A DNA stretch of 64,000 bases, from NCBI GenBank assembly GCA_964187785.1, contig OZ076420.1, positions 41,354,001-41,418,000 on the forward strand. The letters run 5' to 3'. The translations under genes were made by a program, and so were the position numbers. Of this stretch, positions 1-13,245 are shown in pieces. This DNA comes from Amphiscolops sp. MND2022. Taxonomy: Eukaryota. Position 1 is the stretch's first letter. Every line of letters starts with the position of its first letter. The notes beneath the pieces are model-generated. The model had not been told where the DNA came from, ran no database searches, and saw only the letters and a list, made by a program, of their open reading frames with translations.

Positions 1-282
1 CAACCAGGGCGGTATTTGATGCGGCTACTTGGGGAAAATGAGAAACATGGTAAGTTTTAAATCCCAAGAATCAATACATGTCTTCTTTCGTAATCGATTC
101 TGGAGAGGTTATTTAAATTTTTGAATTTGTGAGCTCGTTACGCATTTTTTGTAACAATTACAGACCAAAAAGTAATATTGAGGGTATTTCTCAATAAATG
201 GCGACCACACAGGCAAAGTTTGACGTCTGTCCATTTACGTCCTCAATTTACAAGCAATGTCAGTTATCAATATCATGCGGTA

Positions 283-677
283 TTTTTAGTCGGCGCCTTA
301 AAAAACTTCTAAAACTCAGGCTATGTCCGGCCAATTCAAATATAGTGCAAATGGCCTTTTCATTTTTTACTTTTTTAACGTAAACTACAAAACCGGACAA
401 GACTAAAGGGTCTCCCTTTTCGCTTTTTTTCGGCACTGTGCGACTTTTTCCGAAATTTTTTTAATATCTCAAAAGGGCCCCCTTTCAAGTTTTTTGATAT
501 TTTGCAACTGCATGTATGTTACTAAATCCCAAAGGGTCCACCCTTTTACATTTTTGGCACTATGTCACATTTTCCGAAAGAAAAAATTTTCAAAAATTTC
601 ACGTTTTTTTCAAAAAAAATGTTTTGCGCTTTTTGAACCTTAAATATAGCGCCGACTTAAGACGTTTTCGTCTTGTT
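283..677 (-). mobile_element. Non-autonomous DINE-1/HINE (Helentron-associated)-like repeat, copy 1
   Basis: Reverse-complement homolog of 3263-3770 and 6053-6570; 5' end AACAAGAC...AAGTCGGCGC and 3' end GGCGCCGACTAAAAA. Family assignment is by architectural resemblance to DINE-1. Confidence 0.6.
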
Positions 678-831
678 TTCATTTTCATTTGCAAACGCGT
701 GAGATTCCCGGGACATACAAGGACTTGTAAGGATTGATCCATGACCTGACCAGTCTAACATGACAAGATTACCAAGAACTGGCAATCCTAGACAGTTTTT
801 AGGGGGGTGCTGTCATTACCGAGGACATTAC

Positions 832-2041
832 GCACCTGCTTTGTGTCATCAATCAGTCTTTGTTGTTGCGGAAAGTATGTAGAACAAGTTAGATGTTGGT
901 ACAACAGGACTTCCATCAGACCCTCAGCGAGTATTGGCGGGTTAGTGAGAACTAATCCCCTTCCCATGGCCAGCCCATACCGGTAGTCAGTTTCTTCCGT
1001 GCAAAGCTGTAGAATACTACTCATGGGTGTACTCAAGTCAATACACTCGCCCAGTAAGACTACTGCTATGTCATTCGGACCTAATCCCTGAGTAATTGGC
1101 AGAGGGTACATTTCTCATTATGGGCATAGAACAGTTGAAAATCTCTACTAGAACAGTTGAATTTTCTACTGTTATATCATCTTGTCATCAAAAATAGGTA
1201 AAACGCAATCAAATTGCATTGTGTGCTAATAACATGTGCCTCAAAATTTATCAAACAAACATTGAGAAACATGAAAACACAGAAAAAAAAACAGGCAAAT
1301 ATTCATGATTCCCAGTGTTCAGTTGGTCTTCTTATTAGAATCTAATCTCTGTAAAATTTCTGCTCTTTTTGGAAACCATGCATGACAGTAAGACTGCAGG
1401 CTTCAAATTTGACTGAAATATAAATGAAATGATCTTTTATTCTTTGATGATAAAAAACTTGAAGCAAAATGCTTTCGAACACAACTCTGTTCTTGACAAT
1501 TGATCATTCGCCGAAAGAATTGGTTATTACCCTAGTTGCCTACTACGAAAAAGGTTATTGACTCACAGAGAAAACTTTTTCACAATGTATTTTTTGTTCG
1601 GGTTTTGTTCAAGACTCACTCAACTTAAACACTTGAACTCAACTTGAACTAATTAAACTTCGAATTAATCAAAACTTATCAACAGTTTAGCAATGCTTAT
1701 GACCTCTTAAAAATACTAAATTTCAATAGTATTTTTGTTTTCTGATCCGTTTTCCGCCCGCCCATAATGAAATTGCCGATAACTTGCCTGGTTTGCGATT
1801 GGGTTATACATCGGATGTTCGATAAACCTCTTGATGGAATGGAGAGTCCATCCACTGACCCAATTGCGTTCTCTGTTCTTGACGATGTGTATTTCCCCGG
1901 GATAACTGAACCTGTTGGAATCTTCGTTCACAAGACACTTGGCGGAAGTGAGGACCGCATCTGCAGCTATCAAAGTACCCCCACATGTCTGTGCGGTAGT
2001 TCGAACTTCCACGAAAAAAGGGCGATGCCAGACGGGCAAAC
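832..2041 (-). CDS. Two internal exons (about 2041-1789 and 1113-832) of a trypsin-like (peptidase S1) homolog, probably catalytically inactive
   Basis: CGGTLIAADAVLTSAKC (S1 motif with the catalytic His replaced by Lys), FIEHPMYN and NDIAVVLL. Acceptor TTCTCAG at 2043-2042; donor CAG|GTGCGT near 832. The first and last exons were not found. Confidence 0.6.
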
Positions 2042-3262
2042 CTGAGAAGATCAGGGGTTTATGATTTTTTAAAAAAAAAAACATTTTTTCAACTGTTATT
2101 TAATGGGAAAATGAAGCTTTCCACTGTACATTGTGAGATTTATCTTCATTTCAAAATTCTATACATTGTCATGAAAGATTAGCTCAACTTCGTGAGTCAT
2201 CGCTTTCCATGCGTTTTTAAATTATGTTTTTCATGAATAAAAATGGAATAGAAATCGAAAGGTTATCTAACTCGAACTCGTGGGCATTTGCTGCTGATTT
2301 CTTATATTAAACTTTTAGTATTAAATGAACATCAAGCCCACTGAGCATCGAAACATTTTTCGCTGGCAAAATATTTTTCGAAGCTGAAGCGGTACCAATA
2401 AGCTAACCCCAATTTTTGGCCGTTTTTTGTTCTTTTAGCCACTTTTTTCTAACAAAACTCTGTTTTTTATTCAAAAAATTCTCTACAGGCAAATGTTCTG
2501 TTTTCGAGCTCTGTGGAAATTCAAATGCAAGAAAAGATTGACAAAAATGACTCAACAAAAATGAGTAAAATGATCAAAGATTAAACAATTTTGGCACTTC
2601 TGGAGGCCTTTTTGAGGTTCTTTTTGAAATTTTTAAACATCTCCACAATATTTTTGTGTCTGAATGCTGTGACATAAAACCTATTTTTTACCATGAAGTT
2701 AGATTAAAGCATTATTAGGAAAAAAACTTCAGCTGGAAGTAGTAAAACTATTTTCATCATAATTTATGGGTGGAAAATAACAATCATGAGCCTCCACCTC
2801 CAATAATGCCCAACACATATTTGATATGCAGCGTCAGAAGAAACGAAATAACGAAGAAGTATTTCATGATAGAAAAGAAGAAACTCTAATTATCTAATCC
2901 AAGATTTGAAGTGAACCGAAAAAACAGGAAACGAATTAAGTTCACAAGATCACGAGTTGTTGAAGAAACAGTAATAGGAACTTCGAAAAGTTTGGAACTA
3001 CAAACTTGAGAAAACAACGAATCAGTTTTGAAGATAAACATAATTTTGTTGATATTCATCGTTGCAAGAACGTTGAGAGCAAACAAAGAAACGAGGCCAA
3101 CTGATGGAAAATTTTTGCCAAGGCAAGAAAACGAAGCTCTGAATTTCAATAATCATCAAGGTTTTACAGGACTGTTGGACGATTTATAACTCGAGAAAAA
3201 ATATTTCCTTTGTTCCTGATAAACAAAAATTATTGAATTTATTGGCCGGTTCTGTAAGAAGA

Positions 3263-3770
3263 AACAAGACGGGGACGTCTAAAGTCGGTGCTATATCTAA
3301 GGCTCAAAAAGCGCAAAAGACTTTTTTTTGAAAAAAACTTGAAATTTTTTATTTTTTTGATTTCAGAAAATGTCGCATAGTGCCGAAAAATGTAAAAGGG
3401 GGACCCTTTGGGCTTTATTAACATATATTCTGTTGCAAAATATCAAAAAACTCGAAAAGGGGACTCTTTTGAGACAATAAAAAAATTTTTTTAAATGTCG
3501 CACAATGCCGAAAAAAATTGGAAGTGGGGACTCTTTAGTCTCGTCCGGTTTTGTAGATAACGTTAAAATAGTAAAAAATGAAAGGAGAGACCCTTTTGCA
3601 CTAATTTCCACTGACCGGACTTGGCCTTATGGTAGTAGTTTTAGTAGTTTCGATTGTGAGAAAAGTGGCCCAATCAAAGTGAGATTGTAGTCTGACGAAA
3701 AAAAAGAAATAAAAAAAACTAGCCACTATAATAGTCGGGCACTTTTCACTAGACAAACGCCGACTAAAAA
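3263..3770 (+). mobile_element. DINE-1/HINE-like repeat, copy 2
   Basis: Starts AACAAGACGGGGACGTCTAAAGTCGGTGC; internal AAAGGGGACCCTTT-type repeats; 3' AGTCGGGC...CGCCGACT inverted repeat. Confidence 0.65.
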
Positions 3771-4499
3771 TGAACTGTTCGAACAGAGAGTCCATTTGTA
3801 CACTTCTTGGTTAGTATTTACAATCATCAATAAAAATCAAACTTTGAAGGTGAAACTTCTTGATTGGATTACTCTACACATCTGGTAACTAAATCCAAAA
3901 CCTTCAAAATATATGGCCGAGAAAATGAGTCGAGTTGCGTGTATTTCATGTGAACGATTATAATCATTATTTTAATATTCAGAGCGAGAGAGGAAACTAT
4001 TTTATTGAAGAGGGATAACTGACACTTACTATAAAATAGGTGTAATTGAAGAAGCGTGATTAGCTTTATCGAATTCAACAAAGAATTCAACAAAAAGGAG
4101 ACAAATTTATGTGAAGCCAGACTCACGCGATGTACTAGCTGCTTGCCTAAGTACTGCATTTGACTGCGTTTCCCAATGAATTTTCAATCGTCATTTGAAT
4201 AACGGTAAACTTCACTGTTCGCAAATGTAGCGGTAGTGAATTCCACTTCATAGAAGTACAATAAAAAAACCGACAGGTAATACAAGAAAACAATTAAAAA
4301 GAAGAACCAAATAGATGACTTGAAAAAGACAAGAGTTCCATCGAATGTTGCTGTAGCCAACTTCAACAGGATTTGAAAAACTTTTTTCGGACTATCAATC
4401 CACTGAAAAAAGTAAGTCAAGGATTTGAACTCAATGAAATGTCGTATACTGAATTTACCTTTGTTTTTCTAAGCTCATAAGATTCGAACAAAAAACACT

Positions 4500-5800
4500 T
4501 TTTTCAAAGCAGAATTCATCTGCTTTTCTAGTGAGAGCTTAGGAGGAGAACTATTTCGGAACAAAAACGAAACAAAATACTCCAGGTAACTCATTACAAA
4601 CGCGTGCAAAAGTATACACAGTACACCTGTCGGTAGTCTATGATTGACATTTTTCATTGCATTTATAACCATCTGCCAACTTTTTGAACTTGTTTTTAAC
4701 TTGTGGTTGAACTCCGCGCTGTTTATCAATGGTCACACCTGAGTATTTCTAATAATCTGACTTCTTTACTAGGAAGGAGCTTACAGTAGATTTCTTAATT
4801 TTGTTGAGGCGTTCATCGCTTTTGAGGAAGGCAATGAAATTCGTTTCACGTCAGTTCAATTTCAGTTTAAACAGCGGAAAATGTTTCGCCAAATACATTC
4901 CTTTTGCTATAATTTAGAGATAGCAAATAAAGACAAAATTTAAAGATAGCAAAGGCAATCTCTAATTTTTTATCAAAACGAAAAAATAAACAATCGTCAG
5001 CATAATGTATTCTTCGAGCATTTTTTATTTGCTCTGGGATGTGATTCAAAGACAGCTTGAACATCAGCGGTCCCAGACTGTTTCTTTGTTAACACCTTGT
5101 TTCAGTTCAGTCCATTCTGATACAACACAATTTACAGACAATTTTTGCAATCCAGTCTGTCACTGCCAATAACGACGGGCATCTTTTTTTTCTCTTCTGA
5201 GGACTACGGCCTATAGAGTCTTTGAAAACAGGGTGTGGTGATAACTTTTGTAGTTCTAATCTGTTGGATTAGGAACAGTAGCTCTCGCACTTAGAAGTCA
5301 AAAATGCACGATAAAATATAACATTATGTTGGCTTTGGACAACAACAAGAACGGGGCCGAAAGCACTGTGTGAAGGAATTTGGCCATAAGATTCGTATTT
5401 GGTAGCTGTATAATCAACAACATGCGAATGGCAATCTCTGTACAGTTGCTGACTGAGTTTTAGCATAGGTAGTCTTTTTCCGAACTTTTCTTGTTTTATG
5501 GTCTCTGCACGCGCTCATTGCTTTTCGGTCTGTGATACGACGGTTAGTTTCGGTTACATGGTGACAAAACATTGTTTTTACAAATCTTTTGTTGGGATTC
5601 AGAGAATGGAATATGGATTGGAATGGGGCTAAGTTTTCAACGGATAAGAGAAAAAAACACTTCTTTTTCAAAAATGCCTTTCTAACAGTCCTTTTTAGGA
5701 GTGAATTGAGCACACAATTTTTATTACAGTCATTGAAAACGAATGTCAAATGAGGGACTAAAAGTTGTTGCCCAAGCAGGTACTCTGCAAACACCAGTTA
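4500..5800 (-). pseudogene. Highly degenerate non-LTR (CR1/Jockey-like) reverse transcriptase remnant
   Basis: QIPSHSAFGPVL (about GIPQGSVLGP) in ORF 5269-5466 and HYADDC in ORF 4867-5064, in the correct order; many stops. Boundaries are approximate. Confidence 0.45.
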
Positions 5801-6052
5801 TCTTGTAACGTCTTATTTCTTTCAAAAAGCATATAATCTTTTTCTGTTAAGGGCCAGAAGTTGAATGACACCTCGCCAAACTTGCCAACTTCATAAACAT
5901 CAATGGAATGGCCAAATCACAAGTACTAAGGAATAAAAAATTTTTTTTAAAAAGATTTTTGAAAAATTTGCTGTCAATTACAGAAGTTTAGCGCTTGTGA
6001 TAACTTCTGCTCTATAAGTTACTCTGATTTTTCATGAGCCACGAGAAAGTTC

Positions 6053-6570
6053 AACAAGACTGGAACGTCCCAAGTCGGCGCCATATCTAGGGCTCAAAAA
6101 TATTCAAGGAACAAGTATTCGAAAAATTTGGAAAAATTTTTTCAAAAAAAGTTTTTTTTAAAAAAAAGTCGCACAATGCCGAAAAACTTTAAAAAGAGGC
6201 CATTTAGGCTCATGAAACGTTTTGAGAAACCGAAAACTTCAAAAAATGCAAGGGGGTACCCTTTGATAGAATTCGATAATTTTCGAAAAAAAAGTCGCAT
6301 AGTGCCAAAAAAACCCAAAGGGGGGACCTTTTGGTCTCGCCTCTACTTTTGGAAGCATAAAATACTTGTGGTTTAGTGCGAGAATCGAAAAAAAACTTCT
6401 CAGAAAATCAGTTGTGAAAAACTAAGCTTCTCAGAAAACAAAGGAACAAAAGATTGTAAAAAAGTGGACCACTCAGAGTGAGATTGTCAACTGAAAAAAA
6501 AAATAAAAATAAATTACTCACTGTAAGAGTCGGGCTTTTTTCCTTAAGGGAAAAGGCGCCGACTAAAAAG
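6053..6570 (+). mobile_element. DINE-1/HINE-like repeat, copy 3
   Basis: AACAAGACTGGAACGTCCCAAGTCGGCGCC start and AGTCGGGC...GGCGCCGACTAAAAAG end; homologous to copy 2. Confidence 0.65.
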
Positions 6571-6949
6571 AATGCAGTAGAAGGTTGAGCAAGAGAATAG
6601 AATGACATGAGCTTCCAGATTTTTTCTATGCATAATTAGAAACGAAAAGGGATTCTTCAAGCAACAGCGTGTCCGTCTAAGAAACTTATCCGCTTCTGGG
6701 TCGCACTGGATTGGACGTTGTTACATGTTTGCAAGGTACACAAGACCAATAGATATCTTTACTTTTTTCAACACTGCGTGACCTATGTAAAAAATTGTGA
6801 AACAAGTAGTCATTTGGTTGTCATCCTACAGAGTCATATAAATAGTGAAACCGCTATAATCGCGACGTTACAAATGCCTTACATGATACGCACCAGAACA
6901 CAAACTGATCAAGATAGTCCATGCGAGAGGACAGTAGCGTAGAAATCAT

Positions 6950-9400
6950 TAGTAAATATTCTCAAAAAAAAATCCGCCTCCCCAGGTCAAAAAGCGAGTA
7001 TTTTTCGTTCCAAATGATGCAAACCTTATCATTCATGAAACTTCTTCGACGAAGTCAATGCTTCTGCAATCAAACACAACGCTCCAAAAACTCAACTCAT
7101 GGTAGTCATGGTCCCACTAGATTTGAAGCAAAAGAATACGCAGGTTTCTAATAACGTTCAAGAAGTCATTCTTTGACCTGTGTGAAGTAGTTGCGGAGCT
7201 TGCATTGAGAAACGACACAAAACTGGAAGTTCTCCGAAACAAAAACTCATAAGGCCTCATTGCTTTGAATGAAATGCCAGTTAAAATTCAGATAAATAAA
7301 ATTCCTAGCGTTCGACCGATCAGAATTTGAGAACTTTTGAGAAACATCATGGGTCAAATAGTCGTGAAATGGGTTCAGTTGGACATGAAACTGTTATGCG
7401 TCAGCGTACAAAAGTGTCAAAGACAAAAACGTGGCATTGGGCATGCTTTCCAATCACTTCGTCAAGCATTCAACTCTGTTGAAAGCGGAGCAGTGCTCCA
7501 AGTTGATACAAAAACTTCCTCCAATAGCCTTAATTGTCAAGAGGCACTAATCAAGATTCAAAAAATTGCGCTTCTTATACACTGCTGTATGGAACTCATA
7601 CCGCATTCTAGAAAAACTTTCTGTTGGAAAAAATCGGCTGTTTTCCAAGAACGAATCACTCAGGTGTATTCACTAGCCCTAGCATTGTATACAGTCGGCC
7701 TTCTGTCATTAATTACACTGGTTTCAAATGCGAAGTTTGTCCAAAACAGGTATGCTGATGATGGAAAACAAAAATTCTGTTCGAAACACTCAAACAGCTA
7801 AAAACGCTTGGACCGTTCTGATGACACCATGTCAACGAATGTCAGCTAATCTTATTAGCTAATCCATAGTCCTCCATACCAATAACCATCGAAAAATTCA
7901 AAGACAGTGACGTCGATGTAGTTGATGGTCAAAGAGTGCTAGGATCAATCATTGGTTCAAGGTATTCCTTATAGAAGTTCTTATATGTAACAAAAACACA
8001 ATGAATTTGTTCGAAATATAGCAAATAGCACGTTCTTCAATGAAAATATTAAGGATTAAAACATCTGTACAACACAAAAATAGTACCACTTGCGAAAATT
8101 CACACGTTTGACAAAACGTATTGAAACATTCTGATTCTGATTGTCGACGAAAAAAACACAAAATTCGCCTCGGGGCCAGTATGATAAAGAGAATCAGGAA
8201 AATGTCAAAACCAAAGAGTTTTTAGCAGGAGCCTAGATGATTTCTTCTGAGGTGCTCCAAATTCTTGATCTCGCAACGGAAAGTGTTGGTTGAATGCCCT
8301 GCCAATCAAGCGATATTACTTGATATCAATTTCGCACGGTCTTCACTGTCCCAAGGCTGGTTAAAACACATATGAGACACGATGCCATCACAGATACAAT
8401 TGCCAAGGTCATGAACGAGGTTTGCCTTGTTTTGAAAGGCGAGCCTCCTCTTCAATCGTTACAATACGAGTCCTTTGCTATCGAACTACGACCACTGAGG
8501 ATGAAGATAGATTGGACAAAAAGAATGGACTTTGGGTAACGCGCTTTAGCAAAACGGTTTTTGAAATTTCGAAATACAAACTTTTTATGGCGTAAGCGCT
8601 GCTCGAAGTTAATTTCTGATGCCTGCACAAATCAGGTGGAGTCGTTACATTATTCCGAAGCCCCATTGTTCCGATAATGAATTTACCGTTCCATTATTCC
8701 AAAAACAAAATATTAGGTTCCAAAATTCCGAAAAAGTTTACAAGCCGTAAATTCTGCGCGTCATAATCACATGATAAAAACTCCATTCAATGAAACAATC
8801 ATCTTTCAAAAAAATGAATACAGCACAAGCGGCGAACTAATTGCGATAATGTAATCAGCTATGTTCACATACCCCTAGTGTCCTATATGCAGGAGCGAAG
8901 CGAAGCGGAGCGAGGTGCCATATGGCCATGCCTCAATATTGCTACTTGGCGAAAGGAGCGAAACGACCGAGCCATACAACAAATATGCTAACCTCTTCAG
9001 ATAATAGTTTTCTGAAAAATGAAACCGTAAATTTATTTCCGGAATAATGGAACTGTGAATTTAATTTCGGAATGATGGAACGGTAAACCTATTTACGGAA
9101 TAATGAATAGCAAGCAATCAGGTCATAAAATGGTTTAAATATAAACTAAAAATGAACATCTGAATGAAAATCAAAAATGCGTGCTTCATCCCTTTGGTCT
9201 TTGCGTGCACAAGAGGTGCGGGACGAACGGCATCCAGGGTTATGAAACAACTCGTTGCCGAAATATGCGCGCAGAAGGACACGAGCTTTGCAGACGTTAT
9301 CGCATACATCAGAACTAAGTTTTGCTTTCCTCCGAAGCTCATTCCTTTACATAAGAGGTTGCAGGTCGACGAAAGTTCTCACAAATTTTTTGATTCCGCT
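6950..9400 (+). mobile_element. Degenerate CRE-like non-LTR retrotransposon (RT plus restriction-like endonuclease), interrupted by a MITE
   Basis: Fragmented motifs in order: VRPIRI.ELLRNIMG, YADDG, QRVLGSIIG, HCPK..RHD, EPPLQ, FIPLVFACTRG...IAYIRTKFCF. Confidence 0.7.
8638..9115. mobile_element. MITE with CATTATTCCG subterminal repeats carrying core alpha
   Basis: 8-bp TSD AATCAGGT (8630-8637 and 9116-9123). Both ends carry CATTATTCCG 10 nt from the terminus; core alpha lies at about 8858-8985. Confidence 0.75.
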
Positions 9401-9849
9401 AATGGAGCAATCATTGAAGATAGTCTTAAACAAGTATTGCTCTGATCTTTCAAATGTAGTTGAGGCATCAGCCAGGGAAGGTAAACTTTCCTGAGAAGAT
9501 GACATTTTGAATCAGAGCAGGCATAATATTTGAAAAAAAGTTAGAATTAGTTTTCTAACACCTGGAGGAATGTGAAATCTATCAGTAACACCAACACCAA
9601 ACGAATACTATTTTGGAAAATTTATTTCTACACGAGATCCTACTAGTAAGCAGACGTCCCCAACATACACGGTTAACATATAATATTTTTATTCAATGGA
9701 TTTTACCGCATTTATTGATTAAACTTTTGTTATACTGAAATTCATTCCTACACTTTTTTGAAAACAAGTTTGCCACAGCAAAAGATCTTCCTGGTTGCTC
9801 TTATGTTTGCAGTTAGCCAACATCTGAAAAGGTGTTCAGATTTGACTAA

Positions 9850-11014
9850 TCGAGGTTTATAATGGAAAGTCTATGTTGGACTTGACTTGAATGTGAGGCT
9901 TCGTTCTCTTTCAGAACTCCGAGTCAATCAAGTTTTTTGTCAATCAAGTTTTTTTGTCCTCTTTTCCTTCTGTAGCTCTTGTCTATTGCAACAATGCACC
10001 TCAGAACATCCGTTTTTAATGTCTGAGAGCATGCCCAGTTGTAGCAATTAATTCTTCTTTTCTTTTTTTTTCCGATAACTTTGTTTCTCTCGTGATCTGT
10101 TACAGGTTTTCTTTTGTTAGAATTTTCCGGTAATGTGTAATCAGCCTACGATGAAACGAGTCACTGGCAGGATCTTGCGTCTTACCGCTGCAAGAGGGTG
10201 AGCAGTTCATAGGAGAACGACACAAAACGTATGTTTTGTATATGTTCCTTTTGTGTCTGGTTCTTTTTGTTGCGATTTTTCCATTGCATTTCAAATTTGA
10301 TGATCGCGTTCCAAGATAAAAGGTTTCTTTTCCTCATTATTCGTCTTAATCCAGCATTATTCCCAGCATTTCCAATCGCAAATTTGATACACTGATTTTG
10401 TTGGGTTTATCTTCCAATCATATTCTTTGAGTAAGTTTTCTAGACCTTCGACCTTTCATTGGCTTTAGTCTCATGTTATTGACACGATATCGATGTCTTC
10501 CGCTTATCCAAGATGATATGGCCATGGAATATTTTTGCATACATAACTATGTTCAGGTGATTTCCATTGACTGCAATAGTCGTGATCAGATCATTAGAAA
10601 TTATGTCGAAGGAGCTATTTAGAGCGTGCTCCAAGTATGCTGTAAAGAATCTAGGAGATAGACTTTGTGGGCATACATTATTTGAGAGAAATGGTTCATT
10701 TGGTTTCTTTCCTCTCTTTATTTCGTTTGTTTTTGTGTTGTATAGAAGGCTTTTGACCCGAGTTAAGTTTTCTTCTTCTATTCCATTATCTTCAAGGATA
10801 TCGACTAGTCCACGTCTACATCCAGGACTATTATGCTGACAATTTTTCTGCATGTATTCAGCAATGCGAAAGGTCTATAAAATTTCGGCTAACTCAATTT
10901 TTTCCCGGCTTGAGATTTCCTCCGGCGACTCAGATATCCGTGATGGTTATCAATTCAATCAGCATATTGCATAAATCGATTGGACTTTCAAGTTTCATGT
11001 CCTCGGTTGGTATC
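9850..11014 (-). mobile_element. RTE-like LINE, RT half (3' part), split by a solo LTR
   Basis: ORF 10476-10853 has degenerate PQ.LSP.FFTAYLE and MYA motifs. Joining across the GTATC TSD restores GPDGIPTEDMK. Confidence 0.75.
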
Positions 11015-11124
11015 TGTGAAGTCCCTCACTCTGGGTTATACTTTCAGCTTCGCAATTCCTGGAAGTCGAGGCTGCGTTTTCGTACTGGAATTCTCTCGCT
11101 CCGGCGTCCATGTTATCTGGATTC

Positions 11125-13245
11125 TGTCACAGCCGCCACAGGGCCGTGAAATAATAAGATCAGAGAGAACGCCAGAGGAAAGAAATGGGGAAATTAACCA
11201 AGAAGAAGCTAATAAAGCATCACAAACCTGAAAGAAAACAATCAACAAACAAACACTCATTGATATTGAACAACCCTGTAAGTGCATAATATTAATATCA
11301 TCAATCCTCTGCAGTACCTGAAATACATAAATATGTAAATAATTAAATAATAATAACTTGTTGTAAATGTGATTTGTTTGCAGTAGCTTGACCAATACGC
11401 TGATTGAAGTTATTCCAACCAGCGCACTGACCAGCCTACCGTCCCAATATCTGCGTAGCAAAACACACTAATTCTCACTGTCCTTTTAATTAACCAATCA
11501 GCGCCAAGCGCGAATGTGCAGTATTAACTCAGTTACTATACTCGTCAAGCCACCAGTCAGCAAAGACTGGGACGCACGCCTGGTAGCTCGATCGAATTAA
11601 TCAAAGTGCTAATATAATAAGTGACGTCACGTGTGAAGTGAATACAAATCCAAAGCTTAGAAGAAGCTTAAATTGTGCAGTATTCAATAGTGAAGATCGA
11701 AAACGTAATATTTATAGCATGAAAAGGTGTGATTGAAGATTTGTCGATCCCGATAATTGGGACGACCGCCGGGACGACCGTTTTAAATTTATAATCTGGG
11801 ACGACCGCTGGGACGCTCGATCAGTCACTCTATCTGATCAATCAAGTACAAATAATCGATGCTAACTCTAGATAAATGTTTTGTAGCTTAAAAGAAGCTA
11901 AATACCAAAAGAACTTCCAATGAGTAATAATCGATGATGCTTGTAGTATTTTTAACGTGTTCGGTCCACCTTGTAGTTGAGTCAACTTCCCAGGCGGAGC
12001 GCTAAATTTCTTTAATATAACAAGAGCCTGGACAGCTGACCGAACGTATTTAATTAATACATGTCTTATAGTTACCCGAATAACAATGTTGCCCCTGTTA
12101 AACGTGATATTTGACGATAATATAGTAAAACAACCCCCCAGTGCTACCTTTTTCAGTCCTCACATGCAATGTTTTGTTAATACATAGTTGAGTCAATAGC
12201 CCGGTCAAACGGCCAGGCCACTCTAAATGAAATTCGTTACCTGGCGTTCACCCAGGACTTTTCGTTAGCCTCAATTTAAAGTGCTAATTAACGGCCATAA
12301 TCATCTGATTTAGAAGAAATCAGTGCTGTTAGTTTATTTCTTTGATGTTTCCCTTATATTACTAGTAGTAAAATTTGGGATTGTTCGGTGATAATTTCTT
12401 TCCTTTTCCCGCTTCAGTAGCTAGGTTCATGAATTTCAGTGCCAACTTCACCTTCGGCGTCTTGAAAAGGCGGGGAATGAAGAAGAAAGGGACGCGGAAT
12501 TGGGAAGCGGCAGGAAGTGAATTCCCACTTTTCTTTCAAGTGGGTTGAAACCGAATGCCGAGTCCCGAGGAAGAGTACCTTATTTGGATTTCCCCGCTTC
12601 GGAAAAGACGCCGAGGTGAACAAGGTGTGAATTCACGCGCGGGGTTTTCTCCGCGTGTCTAGCGTAAAGTATAAATACCTGAAGCGGGATTAGGAAAAGT
12701 TAGTTGACAGTTTTATTTTTCAAGTGCGTTTGATTAATCATTCTCCGGAAATTTTACTTTTGTAATAATCGAGTTAATTACCTTTGCTTAATATAATTAC
12801 TTTGTTTCGGAAAACTTTGGAAAATCACTAAACTGAAGCCTCCATTACGTTTGTAACGACTCAAGTTTAATTGGAATATTGTTTCTCCACTATTTTTACA
12901 AGATGCCTGAGAAATCTCAAAAACGAAAGTTGAGGAGTGACCAGTCGACTAGCCAGTTCGACGTAGAAACCGCAAGCTCTATTAACGACGAAAACACCGT
13001 ACTTTCAGAAAGGGATTTTGAAGACATATCCAATAAAATTGAGAATAGAATTTCCAAGCGTCTCAAAGACACTGAACTCAATCAACGTGAGATATTAAAA
13101 TTGATTGAGAACCTGTCGTCCAAAGTTGACAGCCTATCGAGCGTCAATTCTGAACAAGGTTACTTGACGACCAGGACTGAAAATAGTGGAAATCCTACTG
13201 AAGAGCTAGAAGAAGTTAGTTTGTCTAGGAACGAGAGTTCCAACA
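11125..13245 (+). repeat. 5' LTR (2121 bp)
   Basis: Direct repeat of 24840-26961; I spotted only 4 substitutions and a 1-bp indel; ends TGTCAC and CCAACA. Confidence 0.97.
12670..12677 (+). promoter_or_regulatory. Probable LTR TATA box (TATAAATA)
   Basis: Located after a GC-rich block and about 230 nt upstream of the gag ATG; also present in the 3' LTR. Confidence 0.55.

Noticed and set aside
10996-11000. Sister LTR ending at 10998 (...GGACA)
   Set aside because: No TSD there; the end at 11015 gives a perfect GTATC TSD and restores the LINE motif.
11036-11461. 141-aa minus ORF at the LTR start (copy at 24826-25176)
   Set aside because: AT-rich with several splice-acceptor-like tracts and no domain; more likely non-coding or antisense UTR.
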